Below the pieces are notes generated by a model. The model did not search any database, was not told the DNA's origin, and saw only the letters and a list, made by a program, of their open reading frames with translations. Position numbers and translations under genes: made by a program. Shown in pieces: positions 59,841 through 64,000 of a stretch of DNA of 64,000 bases; the first letter of the stretch is position 1; each line of letters starts with the position of its first letter. Origin of the DNA: Lytechinus pictus (Eukaryota); NCBI RefSeq assembly GCF_037042905.1, contig NC_087252.1:930001-994000 (forward strand), given 5' to 3'.

Positions 59841-60451
59841 AGGACAAGTCCACCCCAACAAAAAATTGATTTGATTAAAAAGAGAAAAATCCAACAAGCA
59901 TAACACTGAAAATTTCATCAAAATCGGATGTAAAATAAGAAAGTTATGACATTTTAAAGTTTCGCTTAATTTCACAAAACAGTTATATGCACATCCTGTT
60001 TGGTATGCAAATGAGGAGACTGATGACGTCATCCACTCACTAATTCTTTTGTATTTTATTATATGAAATATGAAATATTCTAATTTTCTCCTCATTGTCA
60101 AGTGAAACAGTGATCAATTACTCCCTGAACATGTGATATTAGCATTGCTTAATACTATATGATTCAGTCAACTCGGTCCCTATGGTCACATCTGTAAAAA
60201 ATGAAATATTGTATAATTCAAATAATAAAAAACAAAAGAAATAGTGAGTGATGGACATCATCGATTGACTCATTTGCATGTCACCGTGACTGAGTTGTGC
60301 ATATCACTGTTTTGTGAAAAATAAGCGAAACTTTAAAATGCCATAACTTTCTTATTTTACATCCGATTTTGATGAAATTTTCAGTGTTATGCTAGTTTGA
60401 TTTTGCTTTATATTTATTCAAATCAACATTTTGCTGGGGTGGACTTGACCT
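59841..60451. mobile_element. TTAA-target MITE, family B, copy 2
   Basis: Same TIRs and TTAA TSDs as 13028-13589. Confidence 0.85.
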
Positions 60452-62768
60452 TTAACAGACATTAGTATGTTGTATATTCGTTGTGGGTAAAGTATATAGA
60501 GTAATATATAGGTTAGTCTGAAAAAATGCAAGGCAGTCTACTATATAGCAGGAGATTATAGACTTCGTATACTCGTGCTTTTATTCTGCATTTAGATGCT
60601 ATTTTGCGAGGGGGCGTTTGGCGAGAAAATGTTCGAATTTGAGTAGTAAAAACTTTGATTTTAGAGCACTTGACAACATGAATGGAATACTACATTAATC
60701 AATACATAAATACGCATATAGGACCTACGTACAGTATACATCTATTTTTTTTCTTTGTGGTCGAAAATTTAGGGGAGGGTCTTGAGCGATTTTTTTTTTT
60801 TTTTTTTTTTTTTTTTTGGGGGGGGGGCTTCAGTCCCCAAAGCCCCCCCCCCTATAACCGCGCCTGGTGGCGACCCACTTATTGATCTTAGTTTCAATCA
60901 GGGTCTGTGCCTGCAGACTATTATATCATTGACGTGTGAGTGTGTGCGTTAGAGAGGATGTGGGTGTATTTGTGAGGGTGTGTGGATGAGATATAATGTA
61001 CCTAAACCTATACACACACACAAAACAACACATTGCGTTCCACCCACATGTGTTCCATATATACCGCCATTTTTTCTACCTGTAGCCCACTTTAAAGAGG
61101 ACGTCCATCCAAGCATAATATTGTCTGAATGAGAAGAGAGAAAAAAAATGGCGTGGAAATCGGACGTAAATTAAGAAAGTTGTGATAATGTTTCGCTAGT
61201 TGAAAACTTCATAAAACGGGATGGCGGTTACTACATACTGATTCCTTTCAGGTTGCATGGACCTATTAACGTCGAGAAAACAGAAGATATTCATTGGAGC
61301 CAATCCATGGTATTTTTTCTTCATAGCTCATTGACCAAGTGTATGAATATGAGAGTCCATCTAACACTGGAGGGTAACTACTGAATTTCCCTTTCCCAAA
61401 TTGGGAAGAAATATCAGCAACTTTTGGGCTATATTTGACTGGTGGAAGGATTGTGGCTATTTTACTGTTTCAGGTGATGAATTTGATCCCTCAGGAGGCG
61501 AATTCGATTTATTTTGAAAATGAGCCGACCGAGGTACCCTTTTCCGCATATGGATTGTGAGATAATATCCTATGCACTGGTAGAAACATTCGACCCCCGA
61601 ATTTCGTCCTTATTTTTTAATGATTTTTTGAAGTGCCACTTTAACACACGAAAATTTCCCATAGACGCCGAGTCTATGGGAAATGTTTTGGACCCGTGAG
61701 AGCATCAGTTATATATGTATTGAAATATCGTCTCGACCCCGGGGGGGGGGGGGGGCCACTTACATTGACGAGTGGATACCATGCGCGACCAAAAAAACAC
61801 GTAAAAAGGATGTCTTTTTCAAGATAGGGCACGTTACGTACGTAACGTGATAAGGGTGTCAAAAACACAAAAATAATTTTAAAAGGGTATCTATTTCGCT
61901 AGGAAAGTTACGTGTTTAGGGTCAAATTTGCGGGGATGATAAAACAAAATTAAAATATTTTATAAAGGATGTCCTTTTTGCCCCAACACTACGTGTTTAG
62001 AGTCCGATTTGCATGAGGTATGGAAGCTTGGGGTCGTACTAAACCAAAATTGATGTGTAAAGGTAAACCAACGACCGAAGGACCTGTGACAACAAAATAT
62101 TCCTGTACTTATTTAGGGGTTCGTTTCAGGGAATACTTGCCAAGACTAGAGTATCGTTTTGTTCCCAATACTTGTTAAGGGTAGGGTTTCACACGCCAAT
62201 ACTAAAAGCTAGGTTTTCATTCCACTATTCTTTAACAAAAATAACTCGACCTTGTATTCAGATGTCGAATAGAGACATGATATCACGTGACAGTATCAAT
62301 ACAAAGAAATGTAACTATCCGACTGGGGGCTTTCAGTCGTATTCGACGGTAGATATCAATAATAAGATAATGGCCACATGAAGGCCTCAGCGTCTGGCAT
62401 ATTCGTTAGCCACTTCTTCAAAATGACCAACACTAATCAAGCCGAGAATGCCGCTTGACTGCTTCATATCAATCAATGCTTAGTGTTTTGAGCGTCTCAC
62501 TTTTCAACCCAGGAATCATAACATCTCTAAAATCAATCCAGGTTGCATGGCATGGAACTGTAAAAACTAAATTATCAGCTTCAGCTGGTCCTGTCTCTTC
62601 GGTCGCCTGATGATGCTGCATTTTCTGTTATTTGACAGATGAGTGAAAGGACGAAAGAACAGACCATATTCTGTCCTGGATCGAGGGTATATAATTATGA
62701 AGCTGGAGGGACGAACTTAATGTTGACACAATTAAAATCTGTTTTGGCTTGAAAAGAAGTCTTGACAA

Positions 62769-62893
62769 GTGTGTGTGTTTAAATGTCACCATCTGACAGG
62801 ACGTGACCAGGGCTCGAATCTCCAACCTCTGCATCAATTTATAGCTTCCTCATTGTAGCTTGGATCATACAGTCGCACACCACACCGCCCAGG
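62769..62893 (-). mobile_element. 7SL-like-head SINE, 3'-shortened copy 3
   Basis: Minus strand CCTGGGCGGTGTGGTGTGCGACTGTATGATCCAAGCTAC..GGAAGCT..AAATTGATGC..GATTCGAGCCCTGGTCACGTC..GATGGTGACATTTAAA(CA)n. Confidence 0.72.
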
Positions 62894-62980
62894 AAAACAT
62901 TGACGAGCAACGTCTTGACCAAGAAAGATCTGGAATATATATCCCGACCCGGATCGAAAGACGCACATGTACAAACTAAG

Positions 62981-63176
62981 ATGGTGGAGGAGTCGCACAG
63001 ACCGTCATTGAGAAGGTGGCTCATTCTCGCAGGCGTGTCCCTGACCTTCTTCCTCGAGGTAGGGGTCCTGAAGAGCTATGGTGTCTTCCTGAACGATATC
63101 ACCAGGGACCTTGACACGACCACTGGATTAGTGGGACTAGTCTCGGGACTTGCTCAAGGAATTATGTATTTGTTAG
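62981..63176 (+). CDS. First coding exon of a monocarboxylate transporter (SLC16/MCT family, MFS); gene continues beyond the window
   Basis: aagATGG start; MVEESH..RWLILAGVSLTFFLEVGVLKSYGVFLNDITRDLDTTTGLVGLVSGLAQGIMYLL resembles MCT TM1-TM2 (W..F...G..KS.GVF); G|GTAGGT donor. Confidence 0.8.
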
Positions 63177-63191
63177 GTAGGTACATCATTG

Positions 63192-63236
63192 AGGTGATGA
63201 TGGTGATGATGATGGCAATGATGATGATGATGGCGA

Positions 63237-63267
<31 letters not shown>

Positions 63268-63478
63268 GATGATGGATTATGATGATGATAATGGATGATG
63301 ATGATGATGGATGACGATGATGATGATGATGATGATGGTGATGGTGGTGGTGGTGATGATGATGATGGTGATGATGATGATGGTGGTGGTGGTGGTGATG
63401 ATGATGATGATGGTGGTGGTGGTGATGATGATGATGATGATGATGGTGATGGTGATGGTGGTGGTGGTGGTGATGATG

Positions 63479-63510
<32 letters not shown>

Positions 63511-63645
63511 GATGTTGATGATGATTTTGACGATGGTGATGATGACGATAATGATGATAGGGGTGATTATGACGGTGACGATGATGACGACGATGATGAC
63601 GATGGTTGTGGTGGTGTGGTGGGTGATGATGATACTGATGACGTG
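63192..63645. repeat. (GAT/GGT)n microsatellite in the first intron of the SLC16-like gene
   Basis: Direct reading. Confidence 0.95.
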
Positions 63646-63699
63646 GATTTAAATCATGACTATATTCATAGAGGAAACGTCTTCAAATGGTTTATTTCC

Positions 63700-64000
63700 A
63701 ATTGCCAACTCTTCTACTACCATTTGGTCTATCATCAGTTCGTCTACTCACCACATGGTCTACTTTCATTTAGACTAATGCCATTCTGTCTAATAACCAG
63801 TTGGTCCAAAAGCCATTTAGTCCATATACCATTTGATCTAACCAAACTAAAGTGTCAATTGTGAAAAATGAATGAAAATTGGTATTAGACCAACTGGTTA
63901 TTAGACGAAATGGTAATAGACGAAAGGGTGATTAGACGAAATGGAGATTAGACGTAGTGATGATTGGACCAAATGGTTGTTAGACGAAATGTTGATGGAC
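63700..64000. repeat. Quasi-palindromic dispersed repeat (copy at about 19152-20022)
   Basis: gtctaataaccagttggtcca..attagacgaa modules shared with 19200-19460 and 19896-20020. Confidence 0.7.

Larger units (their letters stand above)
58719..60866. mobile_element. hAT-like non-autonomous element containing two nested MITEs
   Basis: TIR CAGGCGCGGTTCTAG / CTATAACCGCGCCTG; 8-bp TSD gtggagac/gtggcgac. Confidence 0.7.

Noticed and set aside
63177..63864. Poly-Met and poly-Asp ORFs, including the apparent extension of the SLC16-like ORF
   Set aside because: (GAT/GGT)n microsatellite lying after a clear splice donor at 63177

Overview
Eukaryotic, AT-rich, repeat-dense genomic DNA, most likely from a sea urchin or other marine invertebrate deuterostome (inferred from the repeat families and intron style, not proven). 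The main gene is a complete 18-coding-exon + strand gene (27673-51565). All junctions are GT-AG and phase-compatible, giving 3378 nt or about 1125 aa. It encodes a nephrin/echinoid-like type I Ig-superfamily receptor: signal peptide, 7 Ig domains, FN3, an unassigned 2-Cys module, TM, and a tail with NPVYDDV, LIYAEV, TIYASL and LIYENV motifs. The first coding exon of an SLC16/MCT-like transporter lies at 62981-63176. The rest is MITEs (TTAA/Kolobok-like, Harbinger-like, hAT-like), a Helentron-type element, SINEs, LINE remnants and simple repeats. Most notable: (1) three copies of a SINE whose head looks like the 7SL RNA Alu domain, with compensatory base changes; (2) five of the receptor's 17 splice acceptors are tandemly duplicated together with the start of the exon; (3) a window-wide TA to TACATGTA 6-bp insertion signature resembling Tc1/mariner excision footprints. 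Coordinates were read by hand and repeat boundaries may be off by a few bases.
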